A DNA stretch of 57,119 bases from an uncultured Aquiluna sp. (lineage in GTDB: Bacteria; Actinomycetota; Actinomycetes; Actinomycetales; Microbacteriaceae): positions 1-57,119 of the forward strand of contig CAZKLA010000002.1 of NCBI GenBank assembly GCA_964553455.1, in the 5' to 3' direction. Positions 1-10,598 of this stretch are shown one piece after another (position 1 is the first letter of the stretch; the number at the start of each line of letters is the position of its first letter). The notes under the pieces were generated by a model. That model worked only from the letters and a program-made list of their open reading frames with translations. It was not told where the DNA came from and ran no database searches. Position numbers and translations under genes: made by a program.

Positions 1-1
1 G

Positions 2-1777
2 GGAATTAATCTTGAGAGGGTAAGTGCTCAATTTGGCTTTGAGGTTGCAAGATTCTTTTCATCACCATCATCAATTCAACTTTATATAGGCGGAGATGGG
101 ATATCCACTTTTGAAGGTAAAATTTATTTGGTAGGATTCTGCAACCAGTCAAATTTTGAACAAGTGCAAGGATCTTTTGATCAAAATGGAATAGCAATAT
201 CAGAAAACTATGAAATTCTCATAGACCATATTGCAAGTTACACACTAATTCCAGAATATCAGTACGGACAAATGTTCTTGGACATATCTATTGCATCAGA
301 ATGGGAAGAATATTACCCATTAAGTTACTTCGCTGGCTATGTAAAAGATGAAAACGGCAATTATAAGTATGATCTAGATGTAATGCAAATAAATGTTGGA
401 TATACATTTGTTGGAACAGAGGGAACTTGGACATATCAAGAATTACAAGATCAGTTTTTGGGTGACACATATGCAGACCTTTCATCACCAACATATTCAA
501 ACTATTTTAATCTATACAAAAACAACACATTAGGCCAAGACATTAATATATCAAAGTCTTCCTTAAATGCATATCTAACATTTCAAAGAATTGATCAAGG
601 AGCAAATGCTCCACTTTCATCTTTCTCAAATACAAAGTCATTGTCTACAGACTCAGTAATATATGCAGACAATGAAAATACTATAGACTTTCCAAACAGG
701 GTATATGATACAAAATTTGTTATAAAGGACAACGTTATTGTTTATCCACCTAAGACACAAAACTTTGAAGAATATGCAATGGTTGTTCATTTTGATATTA
801 AACAAAGGTCTATTCTAAAAAATCCTCTAAAAATTAAGAGTTTAGAAATATCTTCAAAAAATCTTAACGAGGTGTCACTAACAGATCCAATGTCTCAAAG
901 AAATATCATAGGAACTAAATTTGGTACGCCAGTATATCCACAAAAAGTACATTCTGGAACAATAAACTACAAAGCAGAAAATCCATTATTCATATATAAA
1001 ACAACTTCACCATATCTTTACACTACTAAAAAATCTGGAATAAGATTAGTTAACACCACTCCAGCGCAAGCATCACCAACAAATAAATTCGTTGCATCTA
1101 TTCCAGTAAACGCAAATGCATCTTATGACTTCTTTGTTGGAGCGCTGCACTTCTTCGTAAAGGGAGAGTTCTCTGAAGAGATTGAAAACATAAGACTAGT
1201 AGACATTAATCATAAAGATGGAGTAATCTCAGTTGTTTTAGAAAAAACAGAAGAAGGAAATTTTGTTCGCGCTTACAACAACAACGGGGTATCGCTTGAC
1301 GAATATACTCAAATAGCATTTTATCAAAATGGAAGATATGTTTTAACACCAACGCTAATAAACAATGAATGGAATTCAATAGGAATATCCTTTACGCAAG
1401 AACTAGATTTTAGTGAATACCAAGATGGAAGCATAGATTTGTTCGGAGGCGTGGTATTTAACAACATCTCATACTATCTTTCAAAAGGATTAGGAGTAAA
1501 AACAGATCTAACCCTAAGAGCATGGGAAAATGTTCTTAATTTTGATAGTATACAAAGAGCATGGTCATTTTGGGATACAGGGGATCAGGTATGGAGAGAT
1601 GTATATATTTTGGGACAAACATCGTCATACTTTAATACTCCAGCAGACATTTATAGATCATATACTGGCACAAATAAGAATATTATTGATGATAATGCTG
1701 GCATGTTGTTTAAAAAGACGGAATCAAGTGTCTACTCTGCCATATCTTGGCGCACTGTTACCGAAAAACCAGTATAA
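2..1777 (+). CDS. Large virion-associated protein, 5'-truncated by the window edge
   Basis: Frame is open from position 2 through the called ORF 128..1777; beta-rich, Asn/Ser/Tyr-rich; lies upstream of portal. Confidence 0.55.
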   Translation, partial: GINLERVSAQFGFEVARFFSSPSSIQLYIGGDGISTFEGKIYLVGFCNQSNFEQVQGSFDQNGIAISENYEILIDHIASYTLIPEYQYGQMFLDISIASEWEEYYPLSYFAGYVKDENGNYKYDLDVMQINVGYTFVGTEGTWTYQELQDQFLGDTYADLSSPTYSNYFNLYKNNTLGQDINISKSSLNAYLTFQRIDQGANAPLSSFSNTKSLSTDSVIYADNENTIDFPNRVYDTKFVIKDNVIVYPPKTQNFEEYAMVVHFDIKQRSILKNPLKIKSLEISSKNLNEVSLTDPMSQRNIIGTKFGTPVYPQKVHSGTINYKAENPLFIYKTTSPYLYTTKKSGIRLVNTTPAQASPTNKFVASIPVNANASYDFFVGALHFFVKGEFSEEIENIRLVDINHKDGVISVVLEKTEEGNFVRAYNNNGVSLDEYTQIAFYQNGRYVLTPTLINNEWNSIGISFTQELDFSEYQDGSIDLFGGVVFNNISYYLSKGLGVKTDLTLRAWENVLNFDSIQRAWSFWDTGDQVWRDVYILGQTSSYFNTPADIYRSYTGTNKNIIDDNAGMLFKKTESSVYSAISWRTVTEKPV

Positions 1778-1795
1778 TCTGGTACAATAGTGTTC

Positions 1796-2188
1796 ATGAG
1801 CAATCGCAAACGTCCAACTCTTGGTAAGTCTAAAGTCACAGTAATGAATACTGGTGACGCACAACGTAAGCACTTTGGTTTTGAGTGGGGTCTTTATTTT
1901 TGGAGATTGCCAGATGGACATTTGTTTAAAGATGATGAGGGAAGACTTCTCAATATACCATCTGTAAGAAATGATATTGGTCAGATTGCTAAATTAAGAG
2001 AAGCCGCAAAGTCATATGGTCAATCAGAAGGCACCCCTTGGTTCTATGCTGGAATCAATCGTGCAACAGATGAGGAGTATCAAGAGCAACTTGATCGCCT
2101 TGATCAAGGACTTATTCCATCTTTGAATGATATTGGTGCGGTAGCCGCAGCCAAGAAATCACTTGAACTTTATGGAGATGCTGAATAA
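1796..2188 (+). CDS. Hypothetical protein preceding portal
   Basis: ORF 1790..2188; ATG at 1796 lies 7 nt after TGGTACAAT; stop overlaps the portal start (TAATG). Confidence 0.7.
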   Translation: MSNRKRPTLGKSKVTVMNTGDAQRKHFGFEWGLYFWRLPDGHLFKDDEGRLLNIPSVRNDIGQIAKLREAAKSYGQSEGTPWFYAGINRATDEEYQEQLDRLDQGLIPSLNDIGAVAAAKKSLELYGDAE

Positions 2189-3816
2189 TGCAAGAACTTT
2201 TTATTGATGCTAAGATGGCAGATCAAATTATAGAAAATGAATGGGCAAATTCTGATCCATTCAACAAGTCATGGGACGACTTGCTTGGGCTTAGGGGTCT
2301 AGAAAAGAACTTTAAGCGTCGCGTTTCTCGCGTAGAAAAGGCAAACACTGTCATCAACAAGGTTCCATATCAGGCAGACGGTCAAGTATCTGAAAACTAT
2401 TTGAAGGATGCAAAGGCTGTTCAATATGGCAAGGACGACGCAAGATCAAAGGAAATTAATCCTGGTCAGGTATACCGTAATGGTTATGGAATCTTTGACC
2501 TTATTACCCCACCATATAACCTTTATGAACTTTCTTCATACTATGACACATCCTTTGCCAATCACGCGGCAGTAGATGCAAAGGTTTCCAATACCGTTGG
2601 ACTTGGATACAAGTTTGAAATGACTTCATCAACAATGATGAAGTTAGAAGCCGCCACAAACGATTCTGCCAAAGACAAAGCAAAGAAGAGAATTGAACAA
2701 GTCAAGATGCAACTATCCGCTTGGCTAGAAGAGTGCAATGATGACGATAGTCTTACTAAAACTTTGGAAAAGGTCGTCACAGATATGCAGGCAACAGGAA
2801 ATGGATATATCGAAATTGGCAGAACAGTAACTGGTGAAATAGGATATATCGGACACATTCCCGCAACAACGATGCGCGTCCGTCGCTTGCGTGACGGATA
2901 TATTCAAATCATTGCTGGAACAATCACATACTTTAGAAATTTTGGTGCGAAGAACTCAAATCCTGTCACTAGCGATCCCCGTCCAAACGAAGTGATCCAT
3001 CTCAAGGAATATTCCCCACTCAATACTTTCTATGGAATTCCAGATATCATTTCTGCTCTCACATCGCTTAGAGGAGATTTGATGGCAGCAAACTACAACA
3101 TTGATTATTTTGAGAACAAGGCTGTTCCAAGATACATCATCACTGTCAAGGGTGCAAAGTTATCTCCTGAGGCAGAAGACAAGTTATTCCGATTCTTCCA
3201 AACTGGACTTAGAGGACAGAACCACAGAACTCTTTACATCCCTCTTCCTGGAGATCAGGATGGGCAAAAAATTGAGTTTGAGATGCATCCAATTGAGAAT
3301 GGTGTACAGGAGGCATCATTCTCTCAGTATCGTCGTCAGAACCGCGATGATGTTCTTATGGCGCACCAAGTTCCTTTATCAAAGTTGGGCGGCGTAGACG
3401 GAAGCGCAGTTGCTGCTGCCATGACACAAGATAGAACATTCAGAGATCAAGTATGCAAGCCGCTACAAGAATATATTGCAAAGGCTATTAATAAGATCAT
3501 TCGTGAAAAGACAGACCTCGTTCAGTTTGTATTTAATGAGGTTAGCCTTACTGATGAAGTTGCACAATCTCAGATTCATGAGCGCTATGCGAAGATCAAG
3601 GCAATGACTCCTAATGAAATTCGTGAAGAAATTGGAATGCCACAGATGGATGGTGGCGATGAGCCCCTTGAACTTACTGCTCGTCAAGCAGCAGATGAAA
3701 GAGCAAATACAGCGCAGAATCGTGAACGAGATTCTGAAAGAGCGAACAATCAGTCTGATGGTGCTGGCGCGATTAGTGGCAGAAACCCAAAGGGCGAAGG
3801 CGCTAAAACACAATAA
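2188..3816 (+). CDS. Portal protein
   Basis: 542 aa with portal motifs TGNGYIE, NEVIHLK..SP..FYGIPD, N.DYFENKAVP, MTPNEIRE; upstream of protease and capsid. Confidence 0.93.
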   Translation: MQELFIDAKMADQIIENEWANSDPFNKSWDDLLGLRGLEKNFKRRVSRVEKANTVINKVPYQADGQVSENYLKDAKAVQYGKDDARSKEINPGQVYRNGYGIFDLITPPYNLYELSSYYDTSFANHAAVDAKVSNTVGLGYKFEMTSSTMMKLEAATNDSAKDKAKKRIEQVKMQLSAWLEECNDDDSLTKTLEKVVTDMQATGNGYIEIGRTVTGEIGYIGHIPATTMRVRRLRDGYIQIIAGTITYFRNFGAKNSNPVTSDPRPNEVIHLKEYSPLNTFYGIPDIISALTSLRGDLMAANYNIDYFENKAVPRYIITVKGAKLSPEAEDKLFRFFQTGLRGQNHRTLYIPLPGDQDGQKIEFEMHPIENGVQEASFSQYRRQNRDDVLMAHQVPLSKLGGVDGSAVAAAMTQDRTFRDQVCKPLQEYIAKAINKIIREKTDLVQFVFNEVSLTDEVAQSQIHERYAKIKAMTPNEIREEIGMPQMDGGDEPLELTARQAADERANTAQNRERDSERANNQSDGAGAISGRNPKGEGAKTQ

Positions 3817-3865
3817 TAATGCTATATAATAAAAGTTTATAAAATTGTGATAAAATAGGATTGAT

Positions 3866-5413
3866 ATGGAACTCAATAAGGCGCATTGGTCAACAGACAA
3901 AGATCACATTCGTCTTTCAATGCCAATCAACAAGGTTGACAAAGAAAGAAGAATTGTTTCAGGGTTTGCAACCCTAGATAATCTTGATCGTCAAGGAGAT
4001 GTTGTTCCAGCAGAAGCATCCCGCAAGGCGTTTGAAAGTTTTCGTGGCAACGTAAGAGAAATGCATCAGCCAATCGCCGTTGGCAAGATTGTTTCTTTTA
4101 AGGAAGATAAGTATTTCGATCCAGAATCAAAGAAATTTTATAACGGAATATATGTTTCTGCATATGTATCAAAGGGTGCTCAGGATACATGGGAGAAGGT
4201 TCTTGATGGCACCCTTACAGGTTTCTCAATAGGTGGGGAAATTCATGACTCAGAAAAAATGTATGACGAAGAAATGGAAAAGTCATATCAAGTAATCAAG
4301 GAATATTCTTTAAGTGAACTTTCCTTGGTAGACAACCCAGCAAATCAATTTGCTAATGTTATTAGTATTGAAAAGGGTGAAATGACTGGGTATTTGTCTA
4401 AGGCATACATTGAAAATGTTTTTTGGTGCAGAAAAGATGATATTGTACAAATGTCAAAGGATTCTTCTGCAAAGTGTCCACAATGCGACACCTCAATGAA
4501 CAACATCGGATTCGTAGAGTCAAATGACGAAGACAAGGCCACAATGGTCAAGGGTATTCTTCACAATGTGAAAAAGTCAGAGATTCAAAAGGATATTGAT
4601 GTAAATACTTTTGTAAAGTTTGATGGTAATTATGGAAAGGTTTCTCAGATAATTTACCACGGCGGCGCAAGACTTTCGTCAGACGACAATGCTGTTATGG
4701 CTAAGTCAGACGATCCAGTTGTGATTATAAACGCATATTCACAAAATGACGGTATAATAATACCTACAAATCGTCGCGTTATTAAGAATATTTCTTCATT
4801 AGAAAAAGTTAATGCGATTAGTAAATCAGAGGTAAAGGAGGTTAGCAAGATGGACTCAGACGTAATTGTTGTAGACGAAATCGCAAAGAGCGAGGCAGTC
4901 GAAACAGAACCAACTAATCTTCCAGTTGAAGAGAATGATGCTACAGTTGCAGAGACAGTTAAGGCCGACCAGCCAGAAGACGTTGAAAAGGCAATTGAAG
5001 TAGAAATCGAAGAAAATGACGAAGAAGATGAAATGGAAGAAGAGGACAAGGAAGACGAGGAAGCCATGAAGATGGATGCTCCAAAGTCTGACGAGGAAGA
5101 GGATAAGACTGAGAAGATGATTAATCAGATCTCAGAGTCTCTTTCATCTGCCCTATCCACTCTTGCTGAGACAGTGAAGGCTCTTGATGCCAAGATTGAA
5201 GGCATTAACAAGGCTGTTGCTGGAGTAGCAGGTAAGGTTGAAGAGGTAGAAGATAAGTTTGGAAAGCGTGTAGACGCAGTGGAAAAGGACACTGCTTTCC
5301 GTAAGTCTGCTGATCTTGGCGAGATCTTGCAGGAAGAACCAGTAAGTATGCAGAAATCTATGGAATCTGCATGGGGCGGTCGTTTCCTCACAAATGCCGA
5401 CCTATTTAACTAA
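3866..5413 (+). CDS. Prohead maturation protease (HK97 type) fused to acidic scaffold region
   Basis: VSGFAT..LDRQGDVV, EMHQP, GFSIGG, ELSLVDNPAN protease motifs; very acidic coiled-coil C-terminus. Confidence 0.88.
   Translation: MELNKAHWSTDKDHIRLSMPINKVDKERRIVSGFATLDNLDRQGDVVPAEASRKAFESFRGNVREMHQPIAVGKIVSFKEDKYFDPESKKFYNGIYVSAYVSKGAQDTWEKVLDGTLTGFSIGGEIHDSEKMYDEEMEKSYQVIKEYSLSELSLVDNPANQFANVISIEKGEMTGYLSKAYIENVFWCRKDDIVQMSKDSSAKCPQCDTSMNNIGFVESNDEDKATMVKGILHNVKKSEIQKDIDVNTFVKFDGNYGKVSQIIYHGGARLSSDDNAVMAKSDDPVVIINAYSQNDGIIIPTNRRVIKNISSLEKVNAISKSEVKEVSKMDSDVIVVDEIAKSEAVETEPTNLPVEENDATVAETVKADQPEDVEKAIEVEIEENDEEDEMEEEDKEDEEAMKMDAPKSDEEEDKTEKMINQISESLSSALSTLAETVKALDAKIEGINKAVAGVAGKVEEVEDKFGKRVDAVEKDTAFRKSADLGEILQEEPVSMQKSMESAWGGRFLTNADLFN
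4850..5413 (+). CDS. Nested in-frame scaffolding protein (internal start in protease gene)
   Basis: AAGGAGG at 4835-4841, 8 nt before in-frame ATG 4850; TATAAT at 4753-4758; product acidic and coiled-coil. Confidence 0.65.
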   Translation: MDSDVIVVDEIAKSEAVETEPTNLPVEENDATVAETVKADQPEDVEKAIEVEIEENDEEDEMEEEDKEDEEAMKMDAPKSDEEEDKTEKMINQISESLSSALSTLAETVKALDAKIEGINKAVAGVAGKVEEVEDKFGKRVDAVEKDTAFRKSADLGEILQEEPVSMQKSMESAWGGRFLTNADLFN

Positions 5414-5442
5414 GAAAGAAATTCACAGGAGGTGAAAGTCAA

Positions 5443-6582
5443 ATGGCAGAAGAGATTCTAAAGAATCAGCCTTCAGAGTCAGGAGAGTATGGCGATCCAA
5501 ACCCAGGTCTATATCAGGGTCAGGGTGCAGTCGCTAACCTTGGCATCGGAGGCACAGATCCAGTAGTTGGTGGAGATCCATGGGGAACCCCAGGAAACAT
5601 TCCAAATGCTAACTACGGAGTAACGACAGGCCCAAACGCAGTTAACCCAACTGGCGTACCTGGCGGTATTCTAAATCCCGAACAAGCCCGTCGTTTCATC
5701 GACTATGTTTGGGACGCAACAGTTCTCGCCCAAGATGGTCGTAGAGTTACAATGCGTGCAAACACCATTGAACTTGAGAAGGTCAACGTAGGCGAGCGTG
5801 TTATTCGCGCTGCTGCACAGGCACTTGGCGAGTACACAAATGCAGGCGCAACATTCACAAAGGTAGAACTTACCACAAAGAAGATCCGTTTGGACTGGGA
5901 GGTTTCAACAGAGGCACTTGAGGACAACATCGAAGGTGCTGCTCTTGAGGACCACCTCGTTCGTCTTATGACAAACGCTTTTGGTAATGACCTTGAGGAT
6001 CTTGCCATTAATGGCAACGGAGGTGTTGATCCATTCCTCGGAATCATGAACGGTTTCGTTAACCAGGTTAAGACTTCTGGTGATGCACATGAGGCAGTGG
6101 TCGATGACTCCCTTGGTTGGACACCACAGGTAATGCAGGAGTTGATTTACGCTCTCCCACGCAAGTACCGTGCAATCAAGTCAGGTCTAAAGTTCTACGC
6201 TGGTACAGATGTTTTCGCAAGCATCGTTGAGAAGAACGGAACTCTCGCTGACGCAATCGCAGAGGCATTTGCTGGCAACCCAGCAGGTACTCCTGCAAAC
6301 CGTCAGGCCTACCTCAATGGACAGGGACAGACATTCGGTGGTGCTCGCACTACCCGCGTCCTTGGCATTGACGTTCAGGAAGTTCCTTACTACCCAGCAG
6401 ATTTCGTAGATCTCACATTCCCACAGAACCGCGTATGGGGCTTCCAGCGCGATATTACTGTGAACCGTGAGTACAAGCCAAAGAAGGATACAATTGAGTA
6501 CACCATCTTTGTCCGTTTCGGAATCACATGGGAAGAACTTGACGCTGTTGCATTCGCTGACACATCAGCCGCAACTTCATGA
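5443..6582 (+). CDS. Major capsid protein (HK97 fold)
   Basis: GILNPEQARRFID, ELTTKKIRL..EVSTEALEDNIEG, DLEDLAING; strong RBS AGGAGGTG; host-like codon bias. Confidence 0.93.
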   Translation: MAEEILKNQPSESGEYGDPNPGLYQGQGAVANLGIGGTDPVVGGDPWGTPGNIPNANYGVTTGPNAVNPTGVPGGILNPEQARRFIDYVWDATVLAQDGRRVTMRANTIELEKVNVGERVIRAAAQALGEYTNAGATFTKVELTTKKIRLDWEVSTEALEDNIEGAALEDHLVRLMTNAFGNDLEDLAINGNGGVDPFLGIMNGFVNQVKTSGDAHEAVVDDSLGWTPQVMQELIYALPRKYRAIKSGLKFYAGTDVFASIVEKNGTLADAIAEAFAGNPAGTPANRQAYLNGQGQTFGGARTTRVLGIDVQEVPYYPADFVDLTFPQNRVWGFQRDITVNREYKPKKDTIEYTIFVRFGITWEELDAVAFADTSAATS

Positions 6583-6598
6583 TAGTGAAGTAATCAAG

Positions 6599-6636
6599 AC
6601 CTATGGGGGGTCAGCCTGTTGGCTGGCCCCCCTAGG
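6599..6636 (+). terminator. GC-rich hairpin after capsid gene
   Basis: CCTATGGGGGGTCAGCC-TGTT-GGCTGGCCCCCCTAGG; no U-tract. Confidence 0.7.
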
Positions 6637-6643
6637 CATATTC

Positions 6644-6652
6644 TGATATAAT
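6644..6652 (+). promoter_or_regulatory. Extended -10 promoter
   Basis: TGATATAAT directly after hairpin and before ORF 6676. Confidence 0.6.
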
Positions 6653-6675
6653 TGCAATAAGAGAAGGGTATTAAA

Positions 6676-7164
6676 ATGACAGAAGCAATTACCGACAGTG
6701 CAGGATTATCAGGTCCAGTAGAGGAAAAGCCTGTACCTAAAAAGCGTACAGCAAAGACCGCTACAACTGCTAAGGTAGCAGAAGCCGCACCAGAAATCAT
6801 TGATGCTTCAATCCAAGAGGCTGTAACAGAAGAAAAGACTGAGGATGGTCAGACAGTAATTACAGGACCAAAAAAAGTAAAGGCACCAAGAAAGTCAAAT
6901 ACACGCGCAAATAACGATGGCGTTGTTTCTTCTAATGCAGCAGACTATGCTCTTAATAAGAAGGAACAACTACAAGAAAAGAAGGCTGAAAAGGAAAAGG
7001 ATAAGGTAGCCCTTTGGTCAGCAAGCAACGTTCGTTGGACAGGAGTTGGATCTCTTTCAAAGGGATACAATATTATTAATAAGGAGGCTGCCGAAAAGTG
7101 GCTAACTCGTAATGGGGTAAGAGAGGCTACCCCAGAAGAAGTGGCAACACATTACGGCAAATAA
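6676..7164 (+). CDS. Hypothetical head-module protein
   Basis: ORF; low-complexity Ala/Lys/Glu N-terminus, compact C-terminal domain. Confidence 0.7.
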   Translation: MTEAITDSAGLSGPVEEKPVPKKRTAKTATTAKVAEAAPEIIDASIQEAVTEEKTEDGQTVITGPKKVKAPRKSNTRANNDGVVSSNAADYALNKKEQLQEKKAEKEKDKVALWSASNVRWTGVGSLSKGYNIINKEAAEKWLTRNGVREATPEEVATHYGK

Positions 7165-7167
7165 AAT

Positions 7168-8181
7168 ATGGAAATTACAAGACTACAGCCATTTCCACTA
7201 ACTTTTACTCAAGGAGAACTACAGCCAAATGTAGAATATGTTGTAGTCATTCTTGATGATCACGCTATAGACCTAATAGAAATACCAGCAATTTCAGATG
7301 AAGATGGTGTAATCGAAGTAACTCTTCCAGATTATTTTTCCAAATACGATAGTGAGTATTCTTTAGAGATATATGAGAATATACAAGAAGATCCAAGTTT
7401 GCCAATGATCAGGGGCAACTTGGCAATTATAGATACGCTTACTATTATGCGTCCATATGTAAATCCAATCCTCCTTGCTGAGACAGAAGAAGACATTGAG
7501 CAAGCAAAGACGTATGAGGCCATTGCTCGCGCAATTATAAATTCCATAACTGGTGGATTCATGTATGAAATAAAAACCATAGAAACCACTGGATTTGGTA
7601 GCGATTATCTTCCAATACCATTTAGACTAAATAGAATAGTTAAAGTTTATGAGAATGACGTTCTTGTTTATGACGAATCTCCTACAGACGAAAACTGGGT
7701 AAACAAAAAATCCTACTATATAACTCCAGACAAGGCTGCTATAACTGTAGGTCCAATATCCTCTTACGGAGTAAATCGTCGTCAACATAAACCAGTATTA
7801 GGAAGAAACGCTGGATCTGATTCATTTACCCTTTATAACACTAATGATTCTCCTAACTATTCAGATGCCATATATGATACAAAGACATTTATAGATTTAA
7901 CTGGAAATAATTCATTTTTCCCAAATGGATGGGATTACACTGTTGAAATTGAAGCGGGATGGCCTATAATCCCTCAGGATATCAAGCAAGCAACCATGCT
8001 TCTTATAAACGATCTAAAGTGCAACAACATTCCATATATTAATAGTTATATTAAGGACTACAAGAGCGATCAATTTACTCTATCATTCGATCCAGGAGTG
8101 TTCAAAGATACTGGTAATAGAATTGCAGACAAGATTCTTTCTGCATATGTAAGACCTATTTATCGATTGGGAGTTCTATAG
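7168..8181 (+). CDS. Head-to-tail adaptor (putative)
   Basis: C-terminal AGWPIIPQDIKQATMLLI and KILSAY adaptor-like motifs; synteny. Confidence 0.65.
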   Translation: MEITRLQPFPLTFTQGELQPNVEYVVVILDDHAIDLIEIPAISDEDGVIEVTLPDYFSKYDSEYSLEIYENIQEDPSLPMIRGNLAIIDTLTIMRPYVNPILLAETEEDIEQAKTYEAIARAIINSITGGFMYEIKTIETTGFGSDYLPIPFRLNRIVKVYENDVLVYDESPTDENWVNKKSYYITPDKAAITVGPISSYGVNRRQHKPVLGRNAGSDSFTLYNTNDSPNYSDAIYDTKTFIDLTGNNSFFPNGWDYTVEIEAGWPIIPQDIKQATMLLINDLKCNNIPYINSYIKDYKSDQFTLSFDPGVFKDTGNRIADKILSAYVRPIYRLGVL

Positions 8182-8182
8182 C

Positions 8183-8665
8183 ATGGGGCTTCTTGATTCT
8201 AATTGCTCAAGTCTTTTCTTTCAGATGAAGTGTGATGTTTACTATGCTGGAGAAGCGCAGGGCAAGCATGGATCAATTGAAAAAAAATGGGAACTTGACT
8301 CTACCCTATCTTGCTCTTTTTACACCATAGCAGATAAGGGAAACAATAATAACTTTACATTCGATGACTCTAGATTTTATAGACTAGAGACAATGCTTTA
8401 TGGAAGATTAAACAAAGATCCAAGAAAGTCCTCTTCTGGACTATTTTACCCTCTTTCACATATATTGTTAACAAATATTAGAAGTGGAACATGTAATGAT
8501 GAGGTGTTTTTTGTAGAGACAACTGGAGAGTATGAGTCAGTACCAACGATATATGAAATTAAAACTTGTCAGCCATACATAGGACCATTCAATACAGTTG
8601 AATACTATAAGATTCAATTAGAAAGATCAGACACGCAGGAGTTGAACAGCCGTGTTGCGTGTTAA
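8183..8665 (+). CDS. Head closure/stopper protein (putative)
   Basis: Size, beta-rich pattern, position after adaptor. Confidence 0.5.
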   Translation: MGLLDSNCSSLFFQMKCDVYYAGEAQGKHGSIEKKWELDSTLSCSFYTIADKGNNNNFTFDDSRFYRLETMLYGRLNKDPRKSSSGLFYPLSHILLTNIRSGTCNDEVFFVETTGEYESVPTIYEIKTCQPYIGPFNTVEYYKIQLERSDTQELNSRVAC

Positions 8666-9335
8666 AATTGACTCAAAAGAAATAAATAGAATTCTTAAAA
8701 ATTCAGTTTCCTACTCTTATGGATTTTTAGACGGAGTAGAAATAGATCAAATATTATTTAATCAAAGATTAGGCGAGTATGCAGTAGACGCCCTTGGAAT
8801 GTATATAGATGCTCAAGCAAGAGGAAATCCAGAGGCATTCCATCATGTTTATGAATGGGGGAGCGTTGGAAACAAAAACGCAAGATTGTTTGAGATTAAT
8901 GTAAGATCATCAAAAAGAATTATAACGTTCTCTGGCAAGTTTTTAAAATCAAATACGCCATCTCCAGAATCAAACGATATATTTTATGACAAAGCATCTG
9001 TGATGGAGAATGGAATTGAAGTTGTAGTGGAACCAAAATTTTCAGATGTGTTAGCCTTTGAGGTAGACGGGGAAATGGTTTTTACAACCAACTCAATCTT
9101 TATTGCTAATCCTGGTGGGGAGCAAGTAGAAGGAAGTTTTGGAAGAGCAGTAGATAATTTCTTCAATGTATATTTCACCAAATCCTTATTGAAGCCATTT
9201 ATGAAGAAATTAGAAAATCCAATAGAATTTTCACAGTCCTTCGCGGCTGGAGCAAGAGTCGGAAGGTCAGCAGGAATAACGGCTGGCAAGACATATTTAA
9301 GATCAGCGGGGAGTATAGTAGATGACCTTCTCTAA
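8652..9335 (+). CDS. Neck/tail completion protein (putative)
   Basis: Position between stopper and tail terminator; overlapping start/stop. Confidence 0.45.
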   Translation: MLRVKIDSKEINRILKNSVSYSYGFLDGVEIDQILFNQRLGEYAVDALGMYIDAQARGNPEAFHHVYEWGSVGNKNARLFEINVRSSKRIITFSGKFLKSNTPSPESNDIFYDKASVMENGIEVVVEPKFSDVLAFEVDGEMVFTTNSIFIANPGGEQVEGSFGRAVDNFFNVYFTKSLLKPFMKKLENPIEFSQSFAAGARVGRSAGITAGKTYLRSAGSIVDDLL

Positions 9336-9825
9336 TTTTGTTTATCCAGCAGACACAGTTAATGGCTACCTTTGGTCAGTAATGAAACAAATAGAGCCAA
9401 CATTTCAAAAACAATATGGCAATATAATCCCATTTTTCCCTATTAGTGATGCTCATAGTGGAGAAAAGTCATGGGAAAAGAAGCCATATGTTATTTATGA
9501 CAGAATTTTAAGAACAACAAGTTCGCCATTTTATCCAATAAAAAAAGAACACCTTCTTTATTATGTAAAAGGTGATCAAAACAAAACAATAGAGTGGGGA
9601 ATGGCAATCCAGTATATCTTGGATCGACAAGATGATGCTGCACAAGATATTAATGATTGGAATAGACAGCAGGAAGAGCCATCAGGAGTATACTTCCATC
9701 ATCTAAGAGCATATCAAGATGATTCATCTGTATCAAGAGACTTTAGCAACAGGCCATTTTACATTACTAAATTTATCGTTGAAACTGAATATCATTTTAC
9801 AAATTCATTAGAAACCTTTTTGTAA
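9322..9825 (+). CDS. Tail terminator protein (putative)
   Basis: KPYVIYD motif, size, directly upstream of major tail gene. Confidence 0.55.
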   Translation: MTFSNFVYPADTVNGYLWSVMKQIEPTFQKQYGNIIPFFPISDAHSGEKSWEKKPYVIYDRILRTTSSPFYPIKKEHLLYYVKGDQNKTIEWGMAIQYILDRQDDAAQDINDWNRQQEEPSGVYFHHLRAYQDDSSVSRDFSNRPFYITKFIVETEYHFTNSLETFL

Positions 9826-9898
9826 CAAAATGCAGTATAATAGGTATTGAGGAAACGCCCCTATTATTCTAATAAGGAAAAAAGAGGTGAAATAAATT

Positions 9899-10570
9899 AT
9901 GGCATATACCCGTGGTGATTCAAAGCAGATTATCGTAGGCGCAGCAGCGCTCTTCGTATCAAAGACTGCTGAATTTGATCCAACCAACACAAGCCCTGCT
10001 CTACCAGACTTCGTTGCAGGAACATCATACCGTGAGACACTTTCAGGCTCAAACGTAGTTCGCAACGTTGGTTACACCATGAATGGTTTGGAACTTCAGT
10101 TCCAGCCAGACTTCGGTGAGGTTCAGGTCGATCAGTTGCTTGACGTTGCAAAGTTGTACAAGCAGGGTATGCAGGTTAATCTTGCAACCGCATTTGCAGA
10201 GGCAACTCTAGAGAACCTTCTCGTAGCAATTGCAGCCCCAACATCCTCACTTGCTAAGGATGTTAAGATGGACAACCCAATCGAAACAGGCACAACCAAC
10301 TTCGCTGACGTACTTGAAATCAAGTCAGGCGAACTTGGCGAATGTCCTGTAGAGCGCGGTATCGTTGCAGTAGGACCAGGAACTGGTGACTGTGCAGCAG
10401 GTTCATCAATCGAAAGAATCTATGTTGCTTACCGTGCGCTCTCTATTGAGAACGTTACAGTGTCTGCAAAGCGTGACGAGGCTTCAATGTTTGAAGTTTC
10501 CTTCCGTTTGCTCCCAGCCAACAACGGTTCTTACGGAAAGATTGTTGATCGTCTAGTACCATCTTCATGA
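9899..10570 (+). CDS. Major tail (tube) protein
   Basis: NVGYTMNGLELQFQP, VDQLLD, FAEATLENL tube motifs; RBS GAGGTG; upstream TATAAT 9836-9841. Confidence 0.88.
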   Translation: MAYTRGDSKQIIVGAAALFVSKTAEFDPTNTSPALPDFVAGTSYRETLSGSNVVRNVGYTMNGLELQFQPDFGEVQVDQLLDVAKLYKQGMQVNLATAFAEATLENLLVAIAAPTSSLAKDVKMDNPIETGTTNFADVLEIKSGELGECPVERGIVAVGPGTGDCAAGSSIERIYVAYRALSIENVTVSAKRDEASMFEVSFRLLPANNGSYGKIVDRLVPSS

Positions 10571-10598
10571 TAAGACCCCTATAATTTAATAGAGATTG

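Noticed and set aside
4980-5110. GAA/GAG-rich repeat
   Set aside because: Explained by the acidic Glu/Asp tract of the scaffold
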